Assembly (NCBI GenBank): GCA_045563715.1
Contig: JBJLIP010000001.1
Location: forward strand, 199,076 to 263,075
Length of the DNA stretch: 64,000 nucleotides
Direction: 5' to 3'
Source of the DNA: Gammaproteobacteria bacterium
Lineage (GTDB): Bacteria; Pseudomonadota; Gammaproteobacteria; Magnimaribacterales; D2472
Each line of letters begins with the position of its first letter. Position 1 is the stretch's first letter. Shown piece by piece: positions 18,900 through 31,618 of the stretch. A model generated the notes under the pieces. It was not told the origin of the DNA. It was given only the letters and a program-made list of their open reading frames with translations, and searched no databases. The position numbers were made by a program, and so were the translations under genes.

Positions 18900-21161
18900 A
18901 TGAAACTTATTTCAAAATTAGCATCTATGTCCTTGCTTTGCTTTCTAACAATTAATATCTATGCACAAAATAATGAACCTAATATTTCAAGCAATGTATT
19001 AATTGAAGAAGTAGTTGTTACAGCAAGAAAAAAAGAAGAATCTGCACAAGATGTGCCTGTTGCACTAACAGCGATGAACCAAGAGCAGTTAGAAATCTTA
19101 AAATTTAGAGATTTTAATGACCTAGCGGTTGGTATGCCAAACGTTGCCATGGATGATATTGGAACTACAAAAGGAACACAAAACTTCAGTATTAGAGGAA
19201 TTGGTATAAATTCTTCTATTGCTTCAGTAGAACCTGCAGTAGCAATTGTTGTAGATGGTGTTTATATGGGTGTAAGCGCTGGGATGGTTTTTGATATGTT
19301 TGACTTGGAGAGTATAGAGGTTTTAAGGGGTCCTCAGGGTACGTTATTTGGTAAAAACTCCACCGGTGGTGTTATTCTTGTAAATACAGCTCTACCAGGT
19401 GATGAAACAAAACAAAAAGCCAGATTAGCTGTTGAGGGCGGTGGTCCAGGTGGCAATAACTCTATAATGCAATATAGTTATTCAGGTCCTTTAAGTGATA
19501 CTTTAAAAGCAAAAATTAGTCTTCATAGAAGTGATGATTCAGGATACTTCAAGAACTCATATGATGGTTCTAACCATGGTCAATTTGAACAGAATACAGT
19601 CAGATTAGCTTTAGTATATGAGCCAAGTGATTCATTTGATGTTGCTTTCAGAATTGAAAATAGTGAACAAGATGGAAGCGGTCCTGCTGCTCAATGTCAC
19701 TTAGGAGCTAATGGTACCGGCTGTCAGTCAGATGATGGTGCTGCTGTTCCAGCGCCAAATAGCACCTTCGATAGAAATTCACTTGATTTTAATATTGATA
19801 ACCCAGGTTTTCAAAAGTCTGAGACTGATTTTGTAACAGCAACATTAAATTGGCATGGAGAAAATGGAACTTGGACAAATGTATTTGGTAAAAGAGAGTA
19901 CACATTGGATGTTGACCTTGATGTGGATGCTAGATCAATAAGTTTTTTTGATGCGCCGGGATCTTCTTCAATGGAACAAGTAAGTAATGAATTGCGATAT
20001 TCTGGCTCTTTAACAGATAAGCTTGACATTACTAGTGGTTTATTTTTGTATGAGGCTGACGTTATGGTTTGGGATAATAGAGCTCTAAGAGGAGCTTTAT
20101 ATGCTGCTGCTGGTTCGCCTGGAATATTTCTATGGCAATCAGGTGGTGGTCTCCATAGTGTTGAGCAGACAGCATTATTTACAACAATAGACTATGCGGT
20201 TAATGATGATCTTTCTATAAATTTAGGTTTTAGATTGACTGACGAAGAGAAAGAAATTCATTTAGCTTCAATAAATAGAAATGTATCTGTTGGTCCTACC
20301 CCTCCATGTAGCGTTCCTGGTGGAACATGCCCTTATGATTATATAGATAATGATTCATGGAAAACAACATCTCCTAAGATTGGTTTCACATACAATGCTG
20401 GTCAAAATTCAATGATGTATGGTTACTGGACAAGGGTATTTAAATCCGGTGGCTACAACTTGAGAAATAGTGTTGATTTAGCAACTTTTCCAGATGCTTC
20501 ACCAAAAGCGGATGATGAAACTGTTGAAACCCTAGAATTTGGCATGAAAACAGATTTTGAGAATGGTAGATTAAATTGGGCTCTTTTTAGCACTGTTGTA
20601 GATGATTCTCAAAGAATGACGAATATCCAAGATCCTGTTAGTGGTGTTGCACAAGTTGTCAAAAATGCTGGTGATATAGCATATAGAGGATTTGAATTAG
20701 ATGGTATATATAGCTTAACTAATACTGTAACAATGGTTGGATCAATTGGTTATGTTCATTCTAAATATGAAAACTTAATTTCTGACTTAACAGGTGATTT
20801 CATTATTGATGCACTAGATTATGCCCTAGAAATACCTAGAGCCGCCCCACTTACTTATAGTCTTGGCTTTAACATTGATGGCAATATAGGTTCATGGAGA
20901 TCCATTACAAGAATAAGCTATTATCATAGAGACAAGTCTTATTATAATGAGAACAACCAGGGATATATTAACAAACAAGATATTTTAAACTTTGGATATG
21001 ATATTTATTCTCCAGATGGAAAAATAAATATTGGTATTTATGGTAAAAACCTTTCAAATGAAGTTAAGCATGGTGGGGATACTAACCTTTCCTTTGGTGG
21101 AACATTTGCCCCTTTAGCAAAAGGGAAAATTGTTGGAGCTGAAGTAGTTTACAAGTTTTAG
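18900..21161 (+). CDS. TonB-dependent receptor
   Basis: AGGAGG RBS, signal peptide, TonB-box-like EEVVVTA, and a plug domain (IEVLRGPQGTLFGKNSTGG). The 753-aa barrel ends VVYKF. Confidence 0.9.
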   Translation: MKLISKLASMSLLCFLTINIYAQNNEPNISSNVLIEEVVVTARKKEESAQDVPVALTAMNQEQLEILKFRDFNDLAVGMPNVAMDDIGTTKGTQNFSIRGIGINSSIASVEPAVAIVVDGVYMGVSAGMVFDMFDLESIEVLRGPQGTLFGKNSTGGVILVNTALPGDETKQKARLAVEGGGPGGNNSIMQYSYSGPLSDTLKAKISLHRSDDSGYFKNSYDGSNHGQFEQNTVRLALVYEPSDSFDVAFRIENSEQDGSGPAAQCHLGANGTGCQSDDGAAVPAPNSTFDRNSLDFNIDNPGFQKSETDFVTATLNWHGENGTWTNVFGKREYTLDVDLDVDARSISFFDAPGSSSMEQVSNELRYSGSLTDKLDITSGLFLYEADVMVWDNRALRGALYAAAGSPGIFLWQSGGGLHSVEQTALFTTIDYAVNDDLSINLGFRLTDEEKEIHLASINRNVSVGPTPPCSVPGGTCPYDYIDNDSWKTTSPKIGFTYNAGQNSMMYGYWTRVFKSGGYNLRNSVDLATFPDASPKADDETVETLEFGMKTDFENGRLNWALFSTVVDDSQRMTNIQDPVSGVAQVVKNAGDIAYRGFELDGIYSLTNTVTMVGSIGYVHSKYENLISDLTGDFIIDALDYALEIPRAAPLTYSLGFNIDGNIGSWRSITRISYYHRDKSYYNENNQGYINKQDILNFGYDIYSPDGKINIGIYGKNLSNEVKHGGDTNLSFGGTFAPLAKGKIVGAEVVYKF

Positions 21162-21171
21162 ATCATTTCTT

Positions 21172-21208
21172 AAAAACGGCAGCTATGTTGTTAGTTGCCG
21201 TTTTTTTT
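21172..21208 (+). terminator. rho-independent terminator after the TonB-dependent receptor
   Basis: aaaaacggcagcta / tagttgccgttttt stem (about 12 bp, 6-nt loop) followed by T8. Confidence 0.7.
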
Positions 21209-21268
21209 AGAAAACAATAGACATAAAGCATTAAGATAATTAAACTAGCGACCTAAATTTAAATAAAT

Positions 21269-22560
<1,292 letters not shown>

Positions 22561-22818
22561 TTATTGAGGAATAACGTTTGCTGTTTTTCTTTTTTTAGGG
22601 CCTTTATAGGAGAAATGAACCATACCTGCTGCTTTAGCAAAAAGAGTATCATCTTTGCCAATGCCTACATTTAATCCAGGATGAGTATTAGTTCCTCGCT
22701 GACGTATAAGAACTTCTCCAGCCTTTACTATCTGGCCTCCAAAACGTTTTACACCAAGTCTTTTGGAGTTCGAATCTCTTCCGTTCTTACTTGAACCGCC
22801 TGCTTTTTTATGTGCCAT
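22561..22818 (-). CDS. rpmA: 50S ribosomal protein L27
   Basis: [17 protein letters not shown]-terminus. Confidence 0.97.
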   Translation of the reverse strand: MAHKKAGGSSKNGRDSNSKRLGVKRFGGQIVKAGEVLIRQRGTNTHPGLNVGIGKDDTLFAKAAGMVHFSYKGPKKRKTANVIPQ

Positions 22819-23138
22819 TACTTACTCTCTAATTTTATATTTTTGATTTCAACTTGAGAATGCTTAGCTCTATGACCAGCTTTTCTCATACTATGCTTTC
22901 TTCTTCTAAAGCGTAATATAGAAATTTTTTCGCCCTTAATAGTATCTTTTATCTCTGCAGTAACTTTAACATTGCTAAGGTAAGGCTGGCCTACCTCTAC
23001 ATTTTTTCCATCAACATATAGTAAAACATTCTCGAAAGTAATTTTTTTTCCAATATCATCTTTCAGAAGATCTACGGATAAAATCATGCCTTTTTCTACT
23101 TTATGTTGTTTTCCACCTGTTTCTATAACTGCATACAT
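22818..23138 (-). CDS. rplU: 50S ribosomal protein L21
   Basis: [14 protein letters not shown] is the canonical L21 start (ATG at 23138, AAGGA upstream). The ORF-track start at 23162 is an upstream TTG. Confidence 0.93.
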   Translation of the reverse strand: MYAVIETGGKQHKVEKGMILSVDLLKDDIGKKITFENVLLYVDGKNVEVGQPYLSNVKVTAEIKDTIKGEKISILRFRRRKHSMRKAGHRAKHSQVEIKNIKLESK

Positions 23139-23162
23139 AATATAATCCTTTAAAGCTCGCAA

Positions 23163-23191
23163 AATATACGCTTTAATGAGAAATTTATCAA
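23163..23191 (-). promoter_or_regulatory. candidate sigma-70 promoter for rplU-rpmA-obgE
   Basis: Minus strand reads TTGATA (23191-23186), 17 nt, TATATT (23168-23163). Confidence 0.35.
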
Positions 23192-23228
23192 TACTTAACT
23201 TAAATTTTGACTAATAAAATATAGCCAT

Positions 23229-24173
23229 ATGAATAAAAATAAAAAAAATTTAACTGAGTTAAATCGTGTTGAAGCGTTGATTAAGAAAGATTTTAGTAAA
23301 GAAGAAACTATTTCTGGGCTTTATAAGTATATTTTTAAATCAAATGGTAAAAAGATTAGGGCTAAACTATGCCTTGTTGCATCTTCAAAAACTAATTATA
23401 AGGAACGTATTAAGCTTGCCTCTGTCATCGAATTATTACACACCGCAACATTAATACACGATGATGTCGTAGACAACTCTCCAACTAGAAGAGGAGTAAA
23501 ATCAGTAAATAATTTATGGACAAATTCTCACGGCGTTCTGATTGGAGACTATATATACTCAAAAGCATTCATCTATTTAGTAGATATAGGAAATAAAAAA
23601 ATATTAAAAGAGCTTGCAAATACAACAAATGATATTGCTCAAGGAGAATTAATACAGCTAGATGCAATAAAAAATGTAGATGTTAATTTGAAAAAGCTTG
23701 AAAAAATAAGTTATTTTAAAACAGGGCGATTATTTGAAGCAGCGGCAAAAACTGGTGCAATTATTTCAAATGAAAATAATACATTTATTTCTAATATAAG
23801 TGAGTGTGCAAAAAACCTTGGCATACTTTTTCAAATTACAGATGACTTATTGGATTACTCTGATAACAAAAAAATTGGTAAGCCTGTATTTCAAGATATT
23901 AAAGAGGGAAAGATAACTTATCCCTTTTTTTATGCATATAAAAATGCAAACATAAAACAAAAAAAGTATCTCAAGGAATTACTTGGAGTATCTAAAAGGA
24001 TACAAAGTAAAGATATAGAGCTTATAAAGAGTTTAGAAGGAATTAAAAAAACAACTCAGTTAGCAGATAAATATCATCAAAGAGCGGTTGAGTATGCAAA
24101 AAAAATTAAGAATCTTGATATTAGAGAAGAGATGATAGAATTAGCAAATACTGCATTAAATAGAGACAAATGA
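23229..24173 (+). CDS. ispB: polyprenyl (octaprenyl) diphosphate synthase
   Basis: Two Asp-rich motifs ([15 protein letters not shown]). Divergent from rplU as in E. coli. Confidence 0.85.
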   Translation: MNKNKKNLTELNRVEALIKKDFSKEETISGLYKYIFKSNGKKIRAKLCLVASSKTNYKERIKLASVIELLHTATLIHDDVVDNSPTRRGVKSVNNLWTNSHGVLIGDYIYSKAFIYLVDIGNKKILKELANTTNDIAQGELIQLDAIKNVDVNLKKLEKISYFKTGRLFEAAAKTGAIISNENNTFISNISECAKNLGILFQITDDLLDYSDNKKIGKPVFQDIKEGKITYPFFYAYKNANIKQKKYLKELLGVSKRIQSKDIELIKSLEGIKKTTQLADKYHQRAVEYAKKIKNLDIREEMIELANTALNRDK

Positions 24174-24694
24174 GTTTTAAACCAAAAGATCATTATACAA
24201 AAGATGAACTTATAGCTTGTTCAAATGGTGAGCTATTTACAAAAGATGGGGATGGAAAACTACCATCTGATGAAATGTTAATGTTTGATGAGATAAACAT
24301 CATTGATAATCATTCCGGAATATATGGAAAAGGTAAGATTCAAGCAACACTCAATATAGATCCTGATTTATGGTTTTTTAGATGTCATTTCAAAGAAGAT
24401 CCTGTAATGCCTGGATGTCTTGGTTTAGATGCAATGTGGCAACTTTTGGGTTTTTACCTATTATGGACAGGGCTACCAGGGGTTGGGCGAGCTCTAGGTG
24501 CTGAAAATATAAAGTTCTCTGGGCAGGTTCTTCCAAGCTCAAAGAAAGTTGTTTACATACTCAATATTAAGAGGGTTATAAATAGAAGTGCTATAGTTGG
24601 TCTTGCTGATGGTGAAATGTATGTCGATGATAAAAGAATCTATTCTGCTGAAAAACTTAAAGTAGGATTATTTAAAGATCCTAGTAGATTTTAA
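24170..24694 (+). CDS. fabA: 3-hydroxydecanoyl-ACP dehydratase/isomerase
   Basis: [23 protein letters not shown] active-site region. 174 aa. Confidence 0.95.
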   Translation: MSFKPKDHYTKDELIACSNGELFTKDGDGKLPSDEMLMFDEINIIDNHSGIYGKGKIQATLNIDPDLWFFRCHFKEDPVMPGCLGLDAMWQLLGFYLLWTGLPGVGRALGAENIKFSGQVLPSSKKVVYILNIKRVINRSAIVGLADGEMYVDDKRIYSAEKLKVGLFKDPSRF

Positions 24695-25902
24695 TGAAAA
24701 ACGTAGTCATAACAGGAATTGGAATTAAATCATGTATAGGCAATAACTATAATGACGTTCTTATAAGTCTTCAAAACGGCAAATCAGGTATTGTCTATAA
24801 TGATACCTATTCTGAAATGGGCTTTAGAAGTTGTATCTCTGGATCAATTAATATCAATCTGTCTGATCATATTGATAGAAAATTATTAAGATTCATGGGT
24901 GAATCTTCTGGTTATGCTTATCTTGCAACAATGGATGCGCTTCAAATGGCAGGTATAGAGGAAAAGGATTTGGATTCGCCTAAAGTTGGAATTGTTGCTG
25001 GTTCGGGGGGAGCCTCAACAAGAGTTATGGTAAACAGTGGTGATATTGCCAGAGAAAAAGGACCAAAAAGAATAGGTCCATATGGCGTCACTAAAAGTAT
25101 GTCCAGTTCGATATCAGCAATTATCGCTACCGCATTAAAATTAAAAGGCGTAAATTATTCTATATCCTCAGCATGTGCTACAAGCGCTCATTGTATAGGC
25201 CATGCAGCTGATTTAATTAAATATGGACAACAAGACGTTGTGATTGCTGGAGGTAGTGATGATGAGCATTGGAGCTCATCATGCTTATTTGATGCTATGG
25301 GAGCATTATCTTCAAACTTTAATTCAAACCCATCTGTAGCATCCCGACCATACGACTCTGATAGAGATGGTTTCGTTATATCAGGCGGAGCAGGAATGAT
25401 TATCCTTGAAGAAGAAGAGCATGCAAAAAAGAGAGGTGCTAAAATTTTGGGAAAATTATCAGGATATTTTGCAACTTCAGATGGCTACGATATGGTTGCG
25501 CCATCTGGGGAAGGTGCAATTAGATGTATGGAAGGCGCAATTAATCAATCAAATGCAAAAATTGATTACATAAATACTCATGGAACAAGTACTCCTGTTG
25601 GAGACATAGCTGAATTAAATGCAATTAAGAAACTTTTTAGCACTGATATGCCTATGATTAGCTCTACTAAATCAATGACAGGGCATTCTCTTGGAGCAAC
25701 AGGCGCTCATGAGGCCATATATTCTATTATGATGATAAATGAAAATTTTATAGCGCCATCAATTAATATAGACTCAGTTTGTGATGAAGCAAAAGATATT
25801 AATATAGTTACTAGTACAAAAGATATTAAAATTGAAAATGTATTAAGTAATTCCTTTGGTTTTGGTGGAACTAATGCAAGCCTTGTGATTAGTAGATACT
25901 AA
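24694..25902 (+). CDS. fabB: 3-oxoacyl-ACP synthase I
   Basis: KAS Cys-His-His triad context (SSACATSAHCIG, HGTSTPVGD, GHSLGATG). Coupled to fabA. Confidence 0.9.
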   Translation: MKNVVITGIGIKSCIGNNYNDVLISLQNGKSGIVYNDTYSEMGFRSCISGSININLSDHIDRKLLRFMGESSGYAYLATMDALQMAGIEEKDLDSPKVGIVAGSGGASTRVMVNSGDIAREKGPKRIGPYGVTKSMSSSISAIIATALKLKGVNYSISSACATSAHCIGHAADLIKYGQQDVVIAGGSDDEHWSSSCLFDAMGALSSNFNSNPSVASRPYDSDRDGFVISGGAGMIILEEEEHAKKRGAKILGKLSGYFATSDGYDMVAPSGEGAIRCMEGAINQSNAKIDYINTHGTSTPVGDIAELNAIKKLFSTDMPMISSTKSMTGHSLGATGAHEAIYSIMMINENFIAPSINIDSVCDEAKDINIVTSTKDIKIENVLSNSFGFGGTNASLVISRY

Positions 25903-26978
25903 TATAAATTCAGAAGAGCTTCTTTAGTATATGGGATAACATCATTAAGCCTGCCCTCTTTCATTTTTATAACCCATTCATGATCTGATAATAGAGCTCT
26001 TCCTACTGCTATTAAGTCATATTTACCATTTGAAATGTCTTCTATGGCCTTATCTATACTTGTAGGAGTCGCTGGAGCAGTCATATCAATAAAATCAGAA
26101 TCAAGTCCAACGCTTCCAACTCCAATAGTTGGTATATTTGAAATCTTCTTTGTCCAAGAGGCTAAATTTTCCTCAGAGTTTTCAAACTCACTCTCCCAGA
26201 ATCTTCTCATGCTTGAATGGAGGTAGTCTAGTCCTGCTTCTACGGGAGGTAGCAGCATTTTTTTTAAATCATCTGGCGTTGAAGCTAATTTCGCATTAAA
26301 GTCATGTTGCTTCCATTGAGAGAATCTTAAGCCCACGATAAATTTATCATCAACATTTTCTCTTACTGCTTTGATAATATCCGAAACAAATTGAGAACGT
26401 TTTTCAATTGAGCCTCCATATAGGTCTTCACGAATATTAGTTCCGCTCCACAAAAAATTATCAATTAGATAGCCATGGGCGCCATGAATTTCGACTCCGT
26501 CAAATCCAAGATCCTGGCATATTTTGGCATCAGATGCATATGCATCTATTGTTTCTTCTATATCTTCTAAGGTCATTTCATGTGCAACTTTCTTTCCAGG
26601 CTTAACAAGTCCTGATGCTGTATAACCAGGTACTTCAGGGTTTGGCTGCATACCTAGCTTTCTAAAACCACCACAATGCCATAATTGAGCTATGACAGCG
26701 CCATTGTTATTTTTTATTCCAGCAACAACTTGTTTCCAACCTTCTCTAGCATCTTCACTGTCCAATCTTGGTACATTTGGATAAGCACTTGAAGCTTTAT
26801 GACTTACTTCAATTCCTTCTGTAATTATCATTCCTACTTCTGCTTTTGCTCGTCTAGAATAGTAGGAAATAACTTTTTCAGTTGGTATTCCTCCGGGCGA
26901 TTGATTTCGCGTCATTGGAGCCATTAAAATCCTATTCCTAAGTGTTAAGTTTTTTAACTGATATTCATCAAAAATCAT
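25899..26978 (-). CDS. NADH:flavin oxidoreductase, Old Yellow Enzyme family
   Basis: LRNRILMAPMTR and GVEIHGAHGYLIDNFLW TIM-barrel OYE motifs. 359 aa, barrel domain only. Confidence 0.85.
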   Translation of the reverse strand: MIFDEYQLKNLTLRNRILMAPMTRNQSPGGIPTEKVISYYSRRAKAEVGMIITEGIEVSHKASSAYPNVPRLDSEDAREGWKQVVAGIKNNNGAVIAQLWHCGGFRKLGMQPNPEVPGYTASGLVKPGKKVAHEMTLEDIEETIDAYASDAKICQDLGFDGVEIHGAHGYLIDNFLWSGTNIREDLYGGSIEKRSQFVSDIIKAVRENVDDKFIVGLRFSQWKQHDFNAKLASTPDDLKKMLLPPVEAGLDYLHSSMRRFWESEFENSEENLASWTKKISNIPTIGVGSVGLDSDFIDMTAPATPTSIDKAIEDISNGKYDLIAVGRALLSDHEWVIKMKEGRLNDVIPYTKEALLNLY

Positions 26979-26991
26979 AAATAATTAACCA

Positions 26992-27867
26992 TTATTGTTT
27001 TTCTTTAAATTGAGATTCTCTCCATGGAAAATCATTTGGTAAATCTGTAGATATTTTATTTTCAAAATTAGCGCTTCTTTTTTCCAAAAAAGACAATACG
27101 CCCTCTTTAGCATCATCAGATGCGCCCCTCGAATTAATTAGTTTGCTCTCAATTATATGAGCATTTTCAGGATTATCCTCAGCGGATAATGACCATAACA
27201 TGTGTCTCGTCATTGCAACTGATACAGGAGCAGTTGAATCACAAAAAATGTCTGAAATTTCAATCGCTTTGTCAATTAAATGATCATCTTCAACAACATA
27301 ATTTACTAAACCAATTCTATGTGCCTCAGTAGAGTCGATAATTTTTCCTGAATAACATAATTCTAAAGCCATAGGGATGCCAACAATTTTAGGCAAAAAC
27401 CAACTAGCACAACCATCTGGAACGATGCCACGTTTTGCAAAAACAAATCCAAATCTAGATTTCTTTGAAGCGATCCTTACATCTGCTGGAAGTTGCATTG
27501 TTGCGCCTATGCCAACCGCATCACCATTACATGCAGCAATTACTGGCTTAAGGGAGTTATAGATTTTTAAATTAAGAATACCCCCAGCATCTCTCATAAA
27601 ATCTGATTTGTATTGTGCGTTTGTGTCAAAGCTCTTATCAAAAGTTTTTTCTCCTGATGATAAATCTGCTCCAGCACAAAAAGCCCGACCAGATCCTGTT
27701 ATGACAAGTGATTTTATATTGTCATTTTTGTTTATATGATCAATTGCATCAAGCATGTCATCCAACATTTGCATATTGAATGCATTTAATTTTTCAGGCC
27801 TATTTAATTCAAGTATAGATACAGAATCAATTTCTTTGAGTGAAATCGTTGAATATTCTTTTAACAA
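26992..27867 (-). CDS. enoyl-CoA hydratase/isomerase family protein
   Basis: Crotonase fold with LNRPEKLNAF and ITGSGRAFCAGADL. The called start is TTG. Confidence 0.85.
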   Translation of the reverse strand: MLKEYSTISLKEIDSVSILELNRPEKLNAFNMQMLDDMLDAIDHINKNDNIKSLVITGSGRAFCAGADLSSGEKTFDKSFDTNAQYKSDFMRDAGGILNLKIYNSLKPVIAACNGDAVGIGATMQLPADVRIASKKSRFGFVFAKRGIVPDGCASWFLPKIVGIPMALELCYSGKIIDSTEAHRIGLVNYVVEDDHLIDKAIEISDIFCDSTAPVSVAMTRHMLWSLSAEDNPENAHIIESKLINSRGASDDAKEGVLSFLEKRSANFENKISTDLPNDFPWRESQFKEKQ

Positions 27868-27876
27868 AAGATATTT

Positions 27877-28314
27877 TTAAAAAGGAATATCATCATCGGT
27901 TAATCCAGGTCCGGTATCGTCTTCTGGAAAAGGAGTGCTTGATGAGTTATTTTGCTCAACTGTAGCCTCCGAAGAATTTCTAGAGCCTAGCATGGTTAGT
28001 TGATTTCCAAGCACCTCGGTTGTCCATCGATCTTTACCTTCTTTGTCCTGCCATTTTCGAGTTTGAATCTTTCCCTCAATATATACACTAGATCCTTTAT
28101 CTAGGTATTTTTCAGCTATCTCTGCAAGATTGCCAAAAAAGACAACTCTATGCCACTCAGTTTTATCTCTATTTTCACCACTTTCTTTATCTTTCCAAGA
28201 CTCAGTTGTTGCAATGGATAGATTTGCTACTGCTGTTTGAGTTGCTGTGTACCTCATCTCAGGTTTTTGTCCAAGATTACCAACTAAAATTACTTTATTT
28301 ACTCCTCTGCTCAT
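27877..28314 (-). CDS. ssb: single-stranded DNA-binding protein
   Basis: [17 protein letters not shown]-fold N-terminus and acidic C-terminal DDDIPF. Confidence 0.97.
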   Translation of the reverse strand: MSRGVNKVILVGNLGQKPEMRYTATQTAVANLSIATTESWKDKESGENRDKTEWHRVVFFGNLAEIAEKYLDKGSSVYIEGKIQTRKWQDKEGKDRWTTEVLGNQLTMLGSRNSSEATVEQNNSSSTPFPEDDTGPGLTDDDIPF

Positions 28315-28381
28315 AATTACCTCTTATAATATGTAGAAGTTTAACCTAATTTAATTTTTTCATCACGAATTTTTATTTCAT

Positions 28382-31201
28382 ATGGACAGTATTTTTATAA
28401 AAGGCGCAAGAACACATAATTTAAAAAATGTGGATCTAGAGATACCAAGAGATAAAATAATTGTTATCACAGGTCTATCTGGGTCAGGCAAGTCATCGCT
28501 TGCTTTTGATACATTATATGCCGAAGGTCAAAGAAGATATGTAGAATCTTTGTCAACTTACGCAAGAAGATTCTTATCTATGATGGAAAAGCCAGATGTT
28601 GACCAAATTGAAGGTCTTTCTCCAGCTATATCAATTGAACAAAAAGCAACATCACATAATCCCAGATCAACGGTTGGAACAGTTACAGAGATATATGATT
28701 ATTTAAGATTATTATTCTCCAGAATTGGAACTCCAAGATGTCCAGATCATGAAGAAGAATTAAAAGCTAAAACAGTTTCTGAGATTTGTGATGAAATTCT
28801 AAAACTAAAAGTAAATTCAAAAATTATGATTATGTCTCCTGTTATAAGAGATAAAAAAGGAGAGCATTTAGGAATATATGAAGAGTTAAGAAAAAGTGGC
28901 TACGTAAGAGTAAAAGTTAATGGAATTGTATATCCTATTGAAGAGTTCCCAGACCTAGAAAAAAATAAAAAACATAATATTTCAGCTGTAATTGATAGGC
29001 TGGTAATTAAGTCTGGAAATGATATTAGATCAAGGATTTCTGAGTCTGTTGAAACATCTCTATTGTTATCTGATGGTTTGGTTGAGATTGAGGACATGGA
29101 ATTAAATTCATTGCATTTATTTTCTTCAAATTTTTCATGCTCACAATGCGGATATTCAATACCTGAATTAGAACCAAGAATGTTCTCTTTTAATAATCCT
29201 CACGGGGCCTGTCCTAAATGTGACGGGCTTGGAGTGATTCAATTTTTTAATGAAAAACAATTGATACAAGATACTGATGTTTCAATTGCAAATGGCGCCA
29301 TTAAAGGATGGACAAGAAGAAATAGATTTTATTATTACCAACTAAGATGCCTAAGTAACCATTTTGATTTTACTTTAACAACTAAGTGGAAAGACTATCC
29401 ACAAAAAACTAAAGATATAATTCTTTGGGGTACAAAAGAAAAAATTGATTTCTCTCATAGATTTAGAAGTGGAAGTAGAATAATAAGAAAACATCGTTTT
29501 GAAGGAGTCATACCATCCACTGAAAGAAGATTTAAAGAAACAGACTCCGAATATATTAGAAACGAACTTTCAAAGTTAATGTCTGAAAGCACTTGTGATG
29601 AATGTGATGGATCAAGACTTAATAAGTATGCAAGAAATGTTTTTATTAACAATACACAAATTCATAATATTACATCAATGAAAATAAGTGATTCGCTTAG
29701 TTTTATCACAGAAATGAAGCTCGAAGGCTCAAAAGAAAAAATTGCTGAAAAAATATTAAAAGAGATTAAAGATAGACTTAACTTTTTAGAAGATGTTGGT
29801 TTGAGTTATCTTACCCTTGATAGAAGTGCTGAGACATTGTCTGGTGGAGAGGCTCAAAGAATTAGATTGGCTAGTCAAATTGGTTCAGGGTTAGTTGGCG
29901 TCACCTATGTTCTGGATGAACCTTCTATTGGCCTTCATCAAAGAGATAATTCGAAATTAATTAAAACTCTAAATAATTTAAAAAATCTAGGAAACACAGT
30001 TATTGTCGTTGAGCATGATGAAGAGGCGATAAGATCTGCAGATCATATTATTGATATTGGTCCTGGTGCAGGAAAACATGGTGGGGAAATATGTGCTCAA
30101 GGTGATATAGATGCTATTTTAAAAAATAAAAACTCTATAACTGCAAAATACCTATCGGGTAAAAGAAAAATTAAAATACCTAAAAAAAGAATGGAGGCTA
30201 GAAATGAAAAAATATGCATTATTGATGCCCATGAAAATAATTTAAAAAGAATATCTGCAAGCATACCTGTTGGTCTTTTTACATGCATCACAGGAGTATC
30301 TGGATCAGGGAAATCAACTTTAATTAATCAAACTCTTCTCCCAATAAGTTCTTTTATACTTAATAAGTCTAAGTTATCAAAAGAAATTAAATGTGAAAAG
30401 ATTGAAGGATTAGATCATCTTGATAAAGTCATTAGTATTGATCAGTCTCCTATTGGCAGAACTCCTAGATCAAATCCTGCTACATACACTGGACTTTTTT
30501 CACACATAAGAGACCTTTTGTCTCAAACTGTTGAAGCTCGATCCAGAGGTTATAAACCTGGGAGATTTAGTTTTAATGTTAAAGGGGGAAGGTGTGAGGC
30601 ATGTCAGGGCGATGGGATGATTAAAGTTGAAATGCATTTCCTTGCTGATGTTTATGTAAAGTGTGATGTTTGTAACGGAAAACGATACAACGAGCAAACT
30701 TTAGAAATAAAATATAAGGATAAAAATATAAGTAATATTCTTGATATGACTGTCGAAGATGCTTTAGATTTCTTTGATGCACATCCATCAATCAAGAAAA
30801 AATTAATAACATTAAATGATGTTGGTCTTGGATACATTACACTTGGTCAATCGGCTCTAACATTATCTGGTGGAGAAGCACAAAGAATAAAGTTAGCTAA
30901 AGAATTATCAAAAAGAAGCACAGGTAAAACCCTCTTTATACTAGATGAGCCTACAACAGGACTTCATTTTGCTGATATAGAATTACTCTTAGGGGTTTTA
31001 GATACATTAAAAAAACAAGGCAATACAATTGTTGTCATTGAGCACAATCTTGATGTAATTAAAACAGCTGACTGGGTTATAGATTTAGGTCCGGAAGGAG
31101 GTTCTGATGGGGGTATGATTGTAGCTGAAGGAACTCCAGAAGATGTTTCTAAAAACAAAGCTTCTTACACAGGTCACTTCTTAAAAGAAATTCTGAACTA
31201 A
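28382..31201 (+). CDS. uvrA: excinuclease ABC subunit A
   Basis: Two ABC modules ([18 protein letters not shown]; LSGGEAQR twice) and Cys4 zinc modules. Divergent from ssb as in E. coli. Confidence 0.98.
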   Translation: MDSIFIKGARTHNLKNVDLEIPRDKIIVITGLSGSGKSSLAFDTLYAEGQRRYVESLSTYARRFLSMMEKPDVDQIEGLSPAISIEQKATSHNPRSTVGTVTEIYDYLRLLFSRIGTPRCPDHEEELKAKTVSEICDEILKLKVNSKIMIMSPVIRDKKGEHLGIYEELRKSGYVRVKVNGIVYPIEEFPDLEKNKKHNISAVIDRLVIKSGNDIRSRISESVETSLLLSDGLVEIEDMELNSLHLFSSNFSCSQCGYSIPELEPRMFSFNNPHGACPKCDGLGVIQFFNEKQLIQDTDVSIANGAIKGWTRRNRFYYYQLRCLSNHFDFTLTTKWKDYPQKTKDIILWGTKEKIDFSHRFRSGSRIIRKHRFEGVIPSTERRFKETDSEYIRNELSKLMSESTCDECDGSRLNKYARNVFINNTQIHNITSMKISDSLSFITEMKLEGSKEKIAEKILKEIKDRLNFLEDVGLSYLTLDRSAETLSGGEAQRIRLASQIGSGLVGVTYVLDEPSIGLHQRDNSKLIKTLNNLKNLGNTVIVVEHDEEAIRSADHIIDIGPGAGKHGGEICAQGDIDAILKNKNSITAKYLSGKRKIKIPKKRMEARNEKICIIDAHENNLKRISASIPVGLFTCITGVSGSGKSTLINQTLLPISSFILNKSKLSKEIKCEKIEGLDHLDKVISIDQSPIGRTPRSNPATYTGLFSHIRDLLSQTVEARSRGYKPGRFSFNVKGGRCEACQGDGMIKVEMHFLADVYVKCDVCNGKRYNEQTLEIKYKDKNISNILDMTVEDALDFFDAHPSIKKKLITLNDVGLGYITLGQSALTLSGGEAQRIKLAKELSKRSTGKTLFILDEPTTGLHFADIELLLGVLDTLKKQGNTIVVIEHNLDVIKTADWVIDLGPEGGSDGGMIVAEGTPEDVSKNKASYTGHFLKEILN

Positions 31202-31614
31202 GCAGCAGATTCTTTTTCTTTTAACTCAGGCTTAATATCATCCTCTGAACCTTCAATAACCCTATCGACAAGCTCTATGTATGCCATGTCAGCCTTATCA
31301 CCAGGTCTAAATCCTGCCTTTATAATTCTTGTGTAACCGCCATTCCTATCTTTAGCATTTACAGAAACTTCAGTAAAAAGTTTTGCAACTGCAGAGTCAG
31401 ATCTTAATTTACGAAAAGCATTTCTTCGGTTAGCTACAGTATCATTTTTTCCAATAGTAATTAATGGCTCAATAAATCTTCTTAATTCTTTAGCTTTAGG
31501 GAGTGTTGTTTTAATAATATCTCTCTCTATAAGAGCTATAGCAAGGTTTTTAAATAACGCCTTTCTATGAGAGGAGTTTCTGTTAAATTTTCTGCCTGAT
31601 TTTTTATGTCTCAT
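31198..31614 (-). CDS. rplQ: 50S ribosomal protein L17
   Basis: [21 protein letters not shown]-terminus. Last gene of the alpha operon. Confidence 0.97.
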   Translation of the reverse strand: MRHKKSGRKFNRNSSHRKALFKNLAIALIERDIIKTTLPKAKELRRFIEPLITIGKNDTVANRRNAFRKLRSDSAVAKLFTEVSVNAKDRNGGYTRIIKAGFRPGDKADMAYIELVDRVIEGSEDDIKPELKEKESAA

Positions 31615-31618
31615 TTTT

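Noticed and set aside
18428-21268. Genomic island integrated at ssrA
   Set aside because: There is no integrase, no direct repeat of the ssrA 3' end (…ccgccgcctccacca) downstream, and only one cargo gene. It is kept only as a low-interest finding.
23139-23162. N-terminal extensions in the ORF track for rplU (also rpoA 32585-32626 and rplX 39086-39106)
   Set aside because: The canonical N-termini ([36 protein letters not shown]) begin at internal ATGs with RBS or stop-start coupling. The extensions would overlap upstream genes.
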